NCBI RefSeq assembly: GCF_009914755.1
Contig: NC_060945.1
Source of the DNA: the human T2T-CHM13v2.0 reference genome, Homo sapiens
DNA: 64,000 bases
Strand: one strand, 5' to 3'
The notes beneath the pieces were generated by a model. It worked only from the letters and a program-made list of their open reading frames with translations. It was not told where the DNA came from and searched no databases. Shown piece by piece: positions 1 through 16,337 of this stretch; position 1 is the first letter of the stretch, and each line of letters begins with the position of its first letter. The position numbers and the translations under genes were made by a program.

Positions 1-772
1 TGAAGGTCATAACCTAGAGATACAACCACACTAACACACTGAGATTTAATTATGAGATTATAGAATGCTTTCTCTTCTTCCTACCTTACCACCACAGTAA
101 CAAGTTTCTAGTATAAAAAACAATGGATTACAGCTGAAAGAGCTGTAAAATGCAGACTTTATATAAGAAGGAATACCTAGGGAAGCTTAAAGTCAACAAG
201 TGAGAAAAAACAATGACATTGAAGGAACCGGAAGTCTCTGGTACCTACAACTGTAGCAAACATCAAACACAGCCAGACTCCTAACCAGGTTAATGTAAAA
301 CAGCACCACAGCCCAATTTACCTCCAGTCCTACTATCAGGTACATTATGTTCAGCTTTCAACAAAAAATTACAAGGCATACAGAAAGGCTAGAAAAAACA
401 CAGTCTGAAAAGACAAAGAAAGATAAGAACCAGATTGATATTATATAGATGTTGAAATTATCAGACTAGGAATTTAAAATAACCATGAGTATTATGTTAA
501 GGTCACTAACAGTAAAAAGTAACAACATACAATAATATATGGGTAATATAAACAAAGAGTGGGAAACTCTAAGAAAGGATAAAAAAGAAAAATAGAAAAA
601 ATACTGTAAGAGAAATTAAGACCATTTGATGGGATCATCAGTTTACATGATATGGCCAATGTATTAGTGAACTTTAGTATACATCAATTAACAACTTCCT
701 AAGCTGAAATATAAAAAGGAAAAAAATAGAAAAAATGTTACACAGAAACAGAATATCCAAAATCTGTGGGAC
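1..772 (+). mobile_element. Old L1M (L1MC/L1M4-type) 5' region and ORF1 remnant
   Basis: A-rich degenerate L1 ORF1-like sequence (e.g. gatgttgaaattatcagactaggaatttaaaataacc). It resumes at 1641 after an LTR insertion. Confidence 0.75.
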
Positions 773-1640
773 TTTAATAAAAATAAACTCAGGTTCTCCT
801 GCTTTACTCTCAAAACACAGAACACTTCACCTCTGGGCACCAAGATGTGTGAAAAATTTTCCCCACCAACAACAAATTCTGCACATTGCACAGCAGATTT
901 TCTGGTGGACACCAGCTGAATGCCCTCTAATTTAATGAATTTGATCTACCTGCAGGTAGTATCAGATCTCACAGGATGAGGAGTCAGTCCCACAAGATAG
1001 CCCCTACTTGAGTTGCCAATCACAAGCACAGACTGTGGCCTGTACTTCTGACCAAGAGGCAATAAATCAGGCTTTCCATAATTTATATTTTGGGTTTGAT
1101 TACTTTTCTAGAGTGCCTCGACAGAACTCAGGGAAACATTTATGTTTGTCGGTTTATTAGAAAGAATTTTAAAAGGATACAGATAAAAGGCCAGGTGGAA
1201 GAGATGCACAGGGTAAGGCAAGGGAAAAAGGGCAAGAACCTTTCATGCCTTCTCTGGGCACATCACCCTCCAGGAACCTTCATGTGTTCAGCTATCCAAA
1301 AGTCCCCCAAACCCAAGCCATTTGGGGTTTTATGAAAACTTCTTTATATAGGCATGATTGATTAAGTCATTGATTATTGTTGATCAGCTTAACTTTCAGC
1401 CCCTCTTTCCTCCTCAGAGATTAGGGGGTGGGACTGAATGTCTCAACCCTTTAATCATGTCTTAATATTGGTCTTTCCCAGTAGCCAGCCCCTATCCTGA
1501 AGCCACCTAGGGGCTGCCAGCCACCAGTCATCTTGTTAGCTTACAAATGATGCCCTATTGCTCCAGAGATTTTAAGACTGTTGGGAGCTGTATATCAGGA
1601 AACTAGGAGAAAGACAAAATATATATTTCACAATAGCACA
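773..1640 (-). mobile_element. MER21-family solo LTR inserted into L1
   Basis: The minus strand starts TGTGCTATTGTGAAATATATATTTT, like the MER21 start. Length is 868 bp. A 5-bp direct repeat GGGAC lies at 768-772 and 1641-1645, and L1 reads through when the element is removed. Confidence 0.8.
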
Positions 1641-4357
1641 GGGACAATTTCAAAAGTGTAACATATGTGCGATTGTTATCCCATAAAAAGAAATAGAGAA
1701 CTTAGCAAAATAACTATTTAAAATAATAATGGCCAACAATTTTCTAAAATTAATGGCATACATTGAACTACAGATCAAGGAAACTCAGAGAACACCAAGC
1801 AGGAAAAATCACCCTCACCCCTCAACCAACAGCCCCACAAAAAGGATATCTAGGCATACCAAATTCAAGCTGCAGAAAACCAGAGACAAAAAATAGATCT
1901 TGAAAAAATCTGGAAGACAAGTAATGATCTTACCTATAGAGGAATGAAGATAAGAATTTCAGCAGGCTACTCATCAGAAACAATCCAAACAAGAACAGAA
2001 TAGAGTGAAATATTTAAAAAATTGAAAGATAAAAAGAACCAACTTAGTTAGAATTCTATACAAGTGAAGTATCTTTTAAATGTGAAGGAGAATGAAGACT
2101 TTCTAGACAAAGACCAAATGAATTCATGGCCAGCAGATCTGTCCTACAAGAAATGTTAAAGTAAGTTCTTCAGGAAGAAGGCAAATGATATAGGCCAGAA
2201 ACGGAAATCTACATAAACAAAGAAAAAATGTTGGGAAAGGTATAAATAAAGGCACAATAAACTTATGCATTTTTATTTTTCTTAATTTATCTGAAAATTA
2301 ATTGTTTGCCTATAGCAATAATAGAAAAAGTTATTGAGTATAGCACATGGGTAAGTCAAATGAAGTCAATAATGGTGTAAAAGATGGGAGGGAGATATTG
2401 GAGGATGCTGCTTTAAGGTACCACTTTGGCATATAATTTGGCATAGCATTATTTGAAAATAGACTTAAATTAGTAAAAGTAGGTAACAAATGTATTTTGT
2501 AAACCCTTGACCAACCACTAGAAAAAGTATTAAAGTATCATTGATATGTTAAGAGAGAAATACAATACTTGCTTAAAACCAGAAAAAAATAGAAAAAAAG
2601 AAGAGAGGAAAGGAGCAAAATATTACAATAAATAGAAAACAGTTACAAACATGGGAGCTATTAAACCACCACATCAATTTTAACTTTAAATGTGAATAAT
2701 TGAAATAATTTTATTAAAAGACAGAATGTCAAATTGGATTTAAAAAAGGTTCAACTGTTCTTTGCAAGAAATCACTTTAAATATCAGCAATCAGATAGAT
2801 TAAAAGTAAAAGGATGGAGAAAGATATACCATTACACAATTAATTTATTACAAGGAGGCTGGAGTAGCTATATTATCTTTAAACAAGGAAGTCTACTCTT
2901 CAAAGAAGGAATATTATCAGGGATTAGTAGGAAACTTATGCTATGATAAAAGGTCAACTCTCCAACAATATAATAATCCTAATATGTGTGTACCTAATAT
3001 AGGATATCAAAATATGTGAGGCAAGGAGAAAATGATAGAAATGAATAGACAAATAAACAAATCCATTATTATGGTTGGTGAGTTCAACACCCCTCCATCA
3101 GTAATTAATATATCTAGCAGACAGAAAAATTAATGGGGATATAGATAATTAAAGCAGCACTATAAATCAACTCTACCTAGTTAACATTTATAGAATACTT
3201 TTCCTAAAGACATTAGAATTCACATTATTCTTAACCTTACTGAATACAAAGTGAAATTAATACAACTGAAAAATATAATGTCGAAAATCGTGGGACACAG
3301 TGAAAGCAGTGTGTTGAGGTAAATTTATACCATTAAGTGCACATACTAGAAAAGAGAAAAATCTAAGATCAATACACTAAGATTCAATCTTAAGAAACCA
3401 GACAAAACAGGAGCAATTTAAATATAAAGCAGAAGAAAAAATTACCGTATTTTGCATGTCTTAAACAACAAGCATTTATGAAACATGTATGAAAGATTGC
3501 TTACTGAGGTTCCAATCATACAATTTTGGGAAAAGGCAAATTTATAGAGGTGGTAAGCAGAGCAGTGATTTTCAGGGGGCTGGTGGGGCTGAGTTGAATA
3601 GACAAAGCACGGGAGACTTTCTAGGGCAGTGAAACTATTCTGTCTGATACTGTAATGGTGGATGCATGATGTTATGCACTTGTCAAAACCCACTGAACTT
3701 TATAGCACAAAGAGCAAATGTACACAAATTTTAAAATCACTTAGGAGTTCAGGGATCCCAGCACAGAATGCAGACTGTAACAAAAATATCAAACTGCATT
3801 AAAAATGTGTAAAACAATGTCACTACAGGGAGTGGGGGAAACACTAACCTAAGTAACCTTGGAAATGAGTGGAGTCTCTAAAGCTAGAAGTAAAAATAAT
3901 GATACATAGCACCGTATGGTTGATAAGGTTGTTTCTCATAGGAGCATAGGTTAACACATGTAAACTATTATACGTGTATACTAGACTTGAACAATTAAGT
4001 AAAAGTGGCAGATGGTGGGAGCCAGGTGTCTCACTGTAGGAGTGGAGGATTACAGACAAGCAAGGGAGGAGGCAAAAATGATTCATGTAGTAATAGATTA
4101 GCGTTAGAGTCATCAGTAAAAACTTACATTTAGTTTAACATACATACAGATAGTTACGTATGGAAAAAAATGTATTAATATGTGTAGAGATCAGCACATA
4201 TAGCCCCTAATCTTGGTTTCTAATACCAATCTCTAACAAAATAAGTCAGAATTCTTCGGATAAATATTTAATTCTAGGAGTGGGACAGAAAATACCCAAG
4301 ATGAGCCTGCAATTGTGTTACCAGAATGTAAAGAAATGCTCAAAGAAACAATGATGG

Positions 4358-4510
4358 AGTCGGGCGTGGTGTCACATGTCTGTAGTCCCAGCTACTAGGA
4401 AGGCTGAGGCAAGAGGATCCCTTGAATTTGAGGCTGCAGTGAGGTATGATAGCACCCTGCACTCCAGCCTGGGTGACCCCAGCAGACACTTTGTCTCTTA
4501 AAAAAATAAT
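4358..4510 (+). mobile_element. Alu monomer (right-arm/FRAM/AluJ-like)
   Basis: gggcgtggtg...tgtagtcccagctact...gcactccagcctgggtgac followed by an A-rich tail. Confidence 0.85.
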
Positions 4511-4517
4511 AAAGAGG

Positions 4518-4635
4518 TAATCCCAGCACTTAAGGAATCCAGGGTGAGTGGATCACCTAAGGTCAGGAGTTTGAGACCCAGTCAGACCAACATGGCGAAA
4601 CCCCATCTCTACTAAAAATACACACACACACACAA
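4518..4635 (+). mobile_element. Truncated AluS left arm ending in short (CA)n
   Basis: gtaatcccagcact...ggtcaggagtttgagacc...ctctactaaaatacacaca. Confidence 0.85.
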
Positions 4636-5716
4636 ATAATCATAATAAAGAAAAAAGGAAAAGAAAAGAAAAGAACACTGAAGTCAACTGGACAAATTCT
4701 CAATGGTCAAAGCCAAAGTAATTTGAGCAAAAAATAAAGTAATATTGGATTATGACTTACATATTCACTAGTCCATACTGATATAAATAAATGATTGAGC
4801 AACTAAATAAATGAAGAAGACAAAAATGTCCCATGCAGAATTGTAAATAATGTATGTCGATACTCCATCTTTAAGGAAGTGGAACATAACTCCGCACTTC
4901 TTAAATGCAGGCTGTGTATAGGAATTTCCTCCCAAACAGCACAGCAGGAGAAGCCTGGGAAACACCACCTCAGGATCAAGGTTACCATCAATGGCGGAAT
5001 GTCATGTTGATAATACGTACCCTAGATACATGTGTGAAAATGGCACATTATATCTACACTCTTTTCCCCAAAAACCAGTAACCCTGGTCTAATCATGAGA
5101 AAATCACCAGACAAATCCCAGTGAGGGAGATGTACAAAATAGCTGACCAGGGAAGGAGAGCCACAGAGAAGTGAAAACTATACAACAGAATTAAGTAGAC
5201 ATTCGGACATTGAAAAAAATAATATCTGAAATTAAGAACGTATTGTATAAGTTTAAAACAGAAGACTACATACAGCAGAAGACAGAAGTAATAAGCCCAA
5301 AGGCAGGTAAATTGAAATACCCAGAATGAAATACGTCAAGAAAAATAATTTTTAAAAAGCAAAGCATAAATACAAGTCAGGACATAGTTTAAAGGTCTAA
5401 TAAACGTGTAATTGAAGTTCCAAAAAGAGAGGACAATGGAGGGTGGGGCAGAAGAAATATTTGAAGGAATAGTGGCTAACAATTTTTCAAAACTGATAAA
5501 AGACCTTAACCCATATACTTAGAAACTTCAGCAAACCATAAACAGGATAATTACCAACAAATTCATACCAGAACACATTTAGTTAAAATGAAACCCAGAT
5601 AAAAGATAAAATCTTTATATCAAGAAAAAAGACACACGACCTTCAAATGGACATTATCGATGATTACAGTCTACCTTTTCAATAGAGTCTATGGAAGCTG
5701 GAAAAATGGAATATCT

Positions 5717-6058
<342 letters not shown>

Positions 6059-7228
6059 TCATAGATTAATGAATGTCCTTCAAAAAGCATGAAATAAGGA
6101 CACATTTTGGAAAATTAATGTTTAATTCATTTGTTGGTAGAAGATTGAAATGACAAATAATACTAAAGTTAGTTCTTCAAGCTGAAGGAAAGCACATACC
6201 TTCAGGAGGGAAGGAAGAGCCTTGGAAGGAGTAAATACATGCATAGGAATAAAATAATATTAACTGTTTAATAACTAATTTAATCTTAATAATGCATTCA
6301 TCCAAAAAGTTATAATAGTGCCATGTGTGACTTATAATATATGCAGAGGCAAAACTGTATGATAATAATAGCACAAATGTTGAGAGTGGATAATACAATG
6401 ACACTTAACGTAAGTCTTCTATTATGTAGAAGGTGGTAAAAGTCAATACTTGTGGGGCATGAGCATTCAATTCCTAAAGTACCACTGTAAAAATAATAAT
6501 ACTATATAAGTAAAATTCTAAAAGTGATAAAAATGCACTTGACTAATCCAAAAGATTAATAAAAGAACCAAAACAGGTGGGATTAATAAAAAACAATAGG
6601 AAGATGATGAAGTTTAATTCAACTCTATTGTTAATTACATTGCACATAAATGCACTCAATGATCCAATTGAAAGACGAAGAATTGATTAAAAACAAGCTC
6701 CAATAATTTAGTGTTTCCTGTAAACAGACAATAAATATATGAACACCATTATGATAAAAGTAAAAGGATAAAAATGAATATGACACTCAAACATAACCAA
6801 GAGAAAGATGTTGTGGCTACGTTAATACAAGAAAACCAACCTTTAAGGCAAGAGCTGTTACTAGAGACTAAGGGAGGTCTTGGTACCAGAAGGATAAAAG
6901 GATCAGTTGAACCACAAGATGTAAAATATTAAATTTGTATGCACTTAATAACAGCTACAATATAGCTAAAGAAAACATTCGCAGAAATGAAAGGAGAAAT
7001 AAACAAATCTACTATAAATTTGGAGAGTTCATTAAACTTCTCTTGGTAACATAAAATATAGAAGAGGTAGAAAAAAATAGAAAGGCTGTAGAATAATTAA
7101 ATTTTAAGATTAATTCAATTGCCTTAGCACGTATAGAACGCTAACTTGACATACAAAATACATATATTTTCAAGTTCACGTGGAACATTTGCCAAAATAG
7201 ACAATATGGTGGGCCAGAATAGGTCTCA

Positions 7229-7542
<314 letters not shown>

Positions 7543-8421
7543 TCAGAGAAGTGAAATTACACAGATTAAATCATTGGCCCATGAATTAAACTGGATATCA
7601 ACAAGAGAAAAACAACTAGAGTATTCTCAAGGACTTGGAAGTTAAACAACACACTTCTAAGTAAACCTGACTCAAATGAAAAATCATGGTGGAAATAACA
7701 AAATACTTTAAACTCAATAATTATAAAGATTTAACATTTCTAATCTCATAGCTTACGCAGCACTTAGGAGAAAATGTATAGCTTTGAATAAATATGTTTT
7801 AAAAGAAGGATGTTTGATAATTATCAAAACTTTCATCTGAACAAGTTAGAGAAAGAAAAAGAAGTTAAACCCAACAAAGTCAAAAGATAGAAATAGTAAA
7901 GTTAACAGCAGAAATCAATTTAATAGAAAGCAAATACTTACAGAGAATATCAACAAAGCCAAAAGTAGATGCTTTACACTAATGATATTTATAAACCACT
8001 TGCAGAGTACTTCAGAAAAATGAGGGAATCTAAAAATTACAAATATCAACATATTTTTAAAAACATTACTAAGAATCCTGTAATTGTTAAAGGACTGAGG
8101 GTATTATTTAATATTTTATGACAATTATTTAAAAAATTAAATAAGATGTGAAAAACACACATTACTACAACTGACAAAAAAAAAAAAATGGAAAACCTGA
8201 AGATGTTTAGTATTTTCTAAACAAGTTGATTGCAGTAAAATTGTTTCCACCATCCAAACCAAGATGGCTTTACTGGTGAATTCTTCAGAATATTTAAGAA
8301 ATAAATAACAGCAATCTTTATGAAAAGTTTCAGAAAATAGAAGATCAGGAAACATTTCCCAGATCAATTTATAATTTTGATTTAAAAAAAACTGTCATGG
8401 GCATTTCAAGAAAGGAAAATT

Positions 8422-9532
8422 TGGTGGTGTCATCTCTCTTTGATTTTTCATGTTTCTTGCCTTATGTTGATGTCAGTCTGTGGATTTGAAGAAGCGGAGG
8501 AGAGTTATTCTAGTCTTTTCAGACTGGCTTTGTCTGGGAAAGCCCTTCACCAGTCAGACCACCCAGAGGTTTGGGGCAGGCTATCTGCCGTGATCAGTGG
8601 CAGACTTGCTGCTGGAGTCTTCAGACAGGCAGGCCATGAGGGCTAGTCCAGCTCTGGGCTCTACTGGGTCAGCAGTTAAGGAGGCCTGGTGCCTGGGGCT
8701 CTGGAGTCGCGCCTGGAACCTAGATCTGCTGTGGTAGACCAGTTGATTGAATCCAAGATGATGGGCCTGGAGCTGTTGTTTGCAGGGACCAGTCTGGAGC
8801 CTGGGTCCACTGGGCTGACCTGGCTCTGGGGTAGACCTTCAGCCTGAGTCTGCAGGGGCCAGCCAGGCACTGAGCTGAACTTGGTGCTTGGAGACACAGG
8901 GGCAGTCCTGGAGCTTGAGTCCATGAGGGCTAGTCCAGCGCTGGGCTCTACTGGGTCATACTTGGATCCTGGGTCTGCTGGAGCATGGGCCTGCAGGGAC
9001 TGGCCTGGCACTTGGCAGGCCTGGAACTGATGTTTGCAGATGGTGGCCTGGTGCCTGAGTCCAGGAGTGCTGACCTGGTGCTGGAGAGGTCCTGAAGCCT
9101 GGGGCTGTGTGGGCCAACCTGGTTCTGGGCAGGCTTGGCTTTGAGGCAGGCTTGGAGGCTCAGTCTGTGCATACCTGCTTGGAGTGTGGGGCTGCGGGGG
9201 CCATCCAGTGCTAGGTTTTACCAAGGCAGGCCCAGGGCCAGGGCAAAGTCCAGTGCTCACTTCCTTCTCCTTCCCCCAAGCAGTGAGCATTTCTCTCCAT
9301 GTTGTGCTGCCTGGGGGTTAGATTACCCTTGGGTGAGGGTAACCTGAAACTTTCTTACCCTCTTCAATGGTCTCTTAGTATTTCTGTGCTACCCACACGT
9401 GCTGTGATGTCTCACCTGGTCTCGTGAACGCTTGTCAAGGTATTTTTGCATGAGGATAGATGTTCAAACGGATGTTTCTACAGGGGGACAAGCACAGAAA
9501 AGTCCTGTTCCACCAACCTGCTGCCATCCTCC
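8422..9532 (-). mobile_element. Antisense L1M 5' UTR with GC-rich degenerate tandem array
   Basis: cagactggctttgtctgggaaagcccttcaccagtcag plus repeated units like ggcctggagcctgggtccac, typical of L1MA/MB 5' ends. Confidence 0.7.
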
Positions 9533-9559
9533 TGTCTATATGCTATCAACAGAGGATGA

Positions 9560-10265
9560 GAACATGAACGAATTTAAATGTTATGTTATTTCACATAGTA
9601 TTTTTAAAACATCAAATACTTGAGAATAAATGATCAAAGACGTACAATAACTCGACACTGAAAACTAGAGACTGCAAACGATTTAAATAAATGAGCATAT
9701 GTCTCTGTTGAGATACTCAATGTTGTTAAGTCTCCCCAAATTTTCTATAGCATCAATAAAATTCCAATCAAATTCGCAGCAGATATATTTGAGGAAATTA
9801 ACAAGCTAAATTTAATACTTAAACATGGAAATTCAAAGGATCTACAATATTCATGAATCTTAGTGGCCTTGCGATAGCCAAAAAAAAAGTTAAACATCAC
9901 TCAGAAAGCACTGATTATAAAAAATATTCCATCCATTGGACTCATAAAAATTTAGTTGTGTCAATCAAAACATACTAACCATTAAGATAGTTAAAGAGAA
10001 AACCAAGAGTGGGACAGGATATTTGCAATACTTGCATCAGACAAATGACTCCAGAATATTTAAAGAGATTCTGGAAATCAATAAAAAAAGATAAACAACC
10101 TATTTTTTATGGGCAAATAATCGAATGGGAATTTCTCAAAAGAGGATATCCAATATCCAAGACTATTATTCATGCTGAAAGGTTCTTAGTATAATTGTTA
10201 ATCAGGGAAATACAAGTTAAAGAACATGACGAGATATCGGTGCACACCCACCAGAAAGGAATAAA
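9560..10265 (+). mobile_element. L1ME-type ORF2 3' remnant
   Basis: actcaatgttgttaag..tctccccaaat; atcagggaaatacaagttaaa; cacacccaccagaa. Confidence 0.7.
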
Positions 10266-11158
10266 TCTGTAGAATTTCTAAATGAATCTTATCCCTTAGC
10301 TCAACTTGTTGCAGCATCCCTGGCAAACCTTAAGGAGGGCTCCGTTAATCCCCATGTTGCAAAATGAATTTGCATATTTTGGAATTTAATTATATAAACA
10401 GAAAAATATAAATATTAGAGCTTTTCTTAAACTCAAAACCGTATTTCCCTCAAGTGATACAGGAGTGACATTTCCTACGTTTTAAAGTAGCAGGACTGCG
10501 TTTTCCTGTAGTGCTAACATGGGATAAGACTTGATTTCTAGATCTCAAATTACAGCTTTAAAATTCCTTTTCCTAATGCATGCTGATCTTTCTTTTCTGA
10601 GAGTTTTTTTTCCACAATCTTTCTCATTGTATTTTTTTTCCCTCAAATCAAGCCCAGTGCTGGTAAATTAGTGAGATGTGTGTCTCTTGGAGCTTAGCAA
10701 ACTGGCGAGAGGCTTGTCTTTGTCTTCCTTCTTCTTCAGGTCTCCATTTCAGAACCTCATTGTCTTCTAAACTCGATGCTGAAATTAACTTCTTTAATTT
10801 ATTGCTTTTATTAAGTAGAGCTTGTATATTTTATTCAAAATTTTTAAAAGATTAGAACATTTTACATACCTTTCTAACAGATAAAATTGCTTTTCATTTA
10901 TATGACCTTTAATTAAATTGATGTGCATCAGTGTTGCTTGGCAGAAAAATTTTCCCATCTTTGATTAAAAGACAAACTAAATGATCATCATCCTTAGTTC
11001 TGGAGCAAGAGGAAGAAATATCCTGGACATTATTTGGGGAGAGGGATGCAGACTAAGTTCCCCAGGCCCCTCACTGCACTCAGCTCAGTTCCCCATATCT
11101 GTAAGCTGCTCTCTGGACATCCTCTGTCCCCACCTTAGGAAAGGGAAAGTACTACCTC

Positions 11159-12786
11159 CACACACACACATACACACAAACACATACCACACACACACCA
11201 CACACACCACACAAACACATACTATATACCATACACACCACACACACCACACAAACACATACTATATACCATACACACCACACACACCACACAAACACAC
11301 ACACAAACACCACATACCACACACACACCACACAAACACATACCACATACACACAAGCACATACACACACCACACAAACACACACACAAACACCACATAC
11401 CACACACACACCACACAAACACACACCACACATGCACACAAACGTCACATACCACACACACAGACATACACACACAAAGACACACACACACACCACCACA
11501 CACCCCCCACACACTGCATACCACACACACCACACAAACACACATACAAATACCACATATCATACACACCACAAAAACACATACCACATACAAGTGCACA
11601 CACACACCACATAACACACACACCACACATGCACACAGACAAACACCACATACCACACACACACCACACGAACACGCACCACACACACAAACATCACATA
11701 CCACACACACACAGACATACATAAAGACACACACACACCACCACATACCCCACACACACTACATACCACACACACACACCACATACCACACACACATAAA
11801 CACCACCTACCACATACACACACCACATACCCCCACACACGCTACTTATCACACACACCACACAAACACACACCACATACCACACACACACCACATACCA
11901 CACACACACCACACATACCCCCCCACAAGCACACACTACATACCACTACATGCCACACACATCACACAGCACACCATACAAACACATAGCACACTACATA
12001 CACATCTCACACACACATACACCCCACACACAAACACACATCATATACCACACACCACACACACACAAACACACACACACCCTCCACACACACACAAACA
12101 CACACCATATATTATACACACCACACATGCACCATACAAACACACACAGCACAAACACACATACCATACACACACCACACATACTCAACACATAAAACAC
12201 ACACCATAGAAACACACACACCACACACACAAACGCACACTACATACCACACTACATACACATCACACACACCCCCACACACAGACACACACACCACATA
12301 CAAAGACACACACCTCATACACACCACGTACCACACTACATAGACATCACACACACACCCCCACACACAAACACACACACCACACACCATATACTACACA
12401 CACACACCGCATACCACACACACCATACAAACACAACACCACACAAATGCACACACCCTACACACATCAGACATACTCACACCACACACACACCTCATAC
12501 CACACATACACCACACACACACCACATACCACACATACATCACACACACACACACACCACTGCCCACATACAAACACACACCAAACACACACACGACTCA
12601 CCACATACCACACATACACCACATACACACAAGCACGTACATCACACACAAAAACCCACACCACATGCACCACATATCACACACACCATACAAATACACA
12701 CACTACACACAAACCCACACTCACACTGCACACACACGTGCACGCACACACACACGCACACACTCATACTGCACACACACACATTC
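11159..12786. repeat. ~1.6 kb complex CA-rich low-complexity array / VNTR
   Basis: Almost G-free on the + strand, with recurring modules cacacaaacacacacacaaacaccacataccacacacac. Confidence 0.97.
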
Positions 12787-14582
12787 ATTAGAATGAAAAG
12801 AGAAAAGTTATCTGAGTACCTTGGTGCTTCCCCTCAAGCGTCTTTATTTCCCTGTTTCCTTTACAATTTGAAGATGGCCCTAACACAGGCTGAGGGGGTG
12901 ATCCTGTGGTGACAGGATCCTGTAGGAGAAGGTCATCAGTCCTGCAGCAATCCTGCAGCAGCATCTCCAGAAATGTGGGGGCTTTGTTTGCCCAGTTGAC
13001 CAATACAGTGGAAGAGACAAGCTTGAAAAGATCCCTTCCTGAGAAGGGTGGGACAGAAACCACTGCTCCACAGCCCTGAAGAAAAGCTGAGGCAGGTGCC
13101 GAGTGACCAAGGGGTGCAGGCTCTGGAGTCACCACTTGGGAGTTGGAGCCACTTTCCAGCAACGTATCCTCTCCAAGTCTCCATTTCTTCCCCAGTAAAA
13201 TGACACATGGGTTAAATGAGAGAGAGGGTGGGGATGTGGCCTGTAGGATATAAATCCATGCAAAGGACTGTCTGCCATTTGTATCAGAGACCACACCAAG
13301 AATGAGAGATGAGAGGAGGGGATTTTCTAATGTATAACAGCCAACAGGAACGAAGCTACGGAGCTGGAGAAGAGTTGGCGCTGGAGGGACGAAGCCTTGA
13401 GGTGATTGCTGAGGACCTAGCTTTCCAGAGCTCTAACAAGACAGCAGCTTGAAGGCCTAAAGTTGCTCCAAACCTTGCTTGGCCCTTTGAATGCCAGAAT
13501 GCTCCTGAGGATGAAGCATCAATAGGTCAGGAAACTGGCTTCTGCTTTCTGTCTGCAAGGACACAGTGGGGGTCTGGCCAGCCAAGGCTGCAAGCCACAG
13601 GATTGCTGTCGCGGGACAGCAGGAAGCACCTCAACAGGCAGGACTGGGTTTCCTTGAAGGCTCTGTCACTTGTTTAGGAAGAACTTAAGTTATTCCATCC
13701 CAGCTCTGTCAGGGTCTCAAGGGTCTCCTTTCCTAGGTAAAAGCATCTTTCCCCACTTGTTAGAGACCATCCATCCTGGTAGCATCCCCTAAATATTCAT
13801 GTAGTAGACCCCCTAGGGGCAGATTTATGGGGAAAATATGTGTTAGCAAAAAAATTCTAAAGAGTTTCAAATTATGGAACATTGTACAAAATGCGTGTGC
13901 TTATCAGGAGATGCAGCCTTTCCAGATATCCCTGAAGAAACTAATTTTCTTCTGAAAAGAGCTCGATTGGGAAAGTCCTACAGTTTCTGTTTTCCTAGAG
14001 GAAATGACCAACAGTATGACGATGCTTTGTCTTCTCTGCCTTCAGGCCTTCATCAGTAGAAAGAGTCTTCCCATGGAAACACACATTAAATAGAAACATT
14101 TACTCTGTATTTCATCTGTGTGTTATTTTACACAGATGTATCTGGACCCGGATTGCAATGGTTGAAGGAAAAAACTCAAGTATTTTGTGAATGTCATAGA
14201 ACAGCGGGTGATATTTTTATCTATTTTTCCAAATTCTGTAACATATTGTCTTTACAGTTCAAAAGAAATATTATGATCACGCTTGTTTAGTTTAGAGAAT
14301 CTGAGTGTGCAATGCATTCAGTTCAGAGGACTGATCTTCTAGCTTGTCGCACTTTCTCTGCATTATTGTGGGAACTGTGGTCCTGGCAGCCTCCTCTAGC
14401 TGATGCTGTGGCAGTCTAGCGGACAAGAGCAACATCATCACAAATGGGAAAACATGAGGTTTGATTTGAAGAAGCTTCCCATGAATATGACTAAGGCTTA
14501 CACTGCTGAGCAGAAAATCATACAAGGTTAAAATTTTTACAGAATTGATGTCAAAACTCACAGTGAGCCAAATACCTAAACA

Positions 14583-15378
<796 letters not shown>

Positions 15379-15589
15379 TTAAAGGCAGAAACTAAGATCT
15401 ACTGATAATCTACACTGTCAGACACGTTTTATTCTCTTTTTAAATATTCACACAACTCTCCATCACCCTCACATGACTTATAAGGCTCAAAAGAGGGAGG
15501 TGACTAATGAGTAGTAGGATTCGGAGTATAGAAACTGAGTATCTGTGATATTCCACCTGCTATTTGAAGAATACTGAGAAATTCTTTCC

Positions 15590-15770
15590 GTAACTCTTGT
15601 TGTCATTTGTATGTCTTCTTTGGTGAGGGTCTCTTCAGATCTTCTGCTCATTTTTTAATTGAATAGTTTGTTTCCCAATTGTTGAATTTAAAGAGTTCTT
15701 TGTATACTTTGGATTCAAGTGCTTTGGCAGATATGTGCTTTGCAAATATTTTTTTCCCAGTGTGTGTCTT
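15590..15770 (-). mobile_element. L1 ORF2 3' fragment
   Basis: catttgtatgtcttctttggtgagg...gttctttgtatactttggattcaag...tttgcaaatattttt. Confidence 0.8.
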
Positions 15771-16136
<366 letters not shown>

Positions 16137-16337
16137 TAACATTTTAAGAATGTTAAGCCTTCCAATCCAAGGACATGCAATCCAGTTTACTTCATTTGAT
16201 TTTTTCATAAAAGATTGTCTTTTTCCACACACAGATTTTGTAATACTTTAAGTTTATGCCACAGAATTACAATTTTTTTTCTTTTATGTCTTTCTTTCTT
16301 GCTCTTCTATTTTTTTCCTTTTGTGTGTGTGTGCTAT

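Larger units (their letters stand above)
1641..5150 (+). mobile_element. Old L1M: ORF1 end, ORF2 endonuclease remnant and L1MC/MD-type 3' UTR pieces
   Basis: ORF 2734..2946 contains RNHFKY..DRLKVKGWRKIYH, typical of the L1 endonuclease. A 3' UTR-like motif gggcagtgaaactattctg...aatggtggat lies at ~3620-3660. Confidence 0.8.

Noticed and set aside
8676-9290. 204-aa Pro/Ser/Gln-rich ORF
   Set aside because: It lies in the GC-rich tandem array of an old L1 5' UTR and is a compositional artefact.
10981-12791. Long His/Thr-rich and Val/Cys-rich ORFs (up to 247 aa)
   Set aside because: They are translations of the CA/TG array, which lacks stop codons by composition.
12872-12910. Acceptor followed by ATGGCCCTAACACAG (MALTQ, like the start of some KRAB-ZNF genes)
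   Set aside because: There is no GT donor after MALTQ, a stop follows within a few codons, and I found no KRAB or zinc-finger exons in the window.
13725-13743. Recursive-splice-like YYYTAG|GTAAAA
   Set aside because: The donor half is weak and there is no evidence of a host long intron on this strand.
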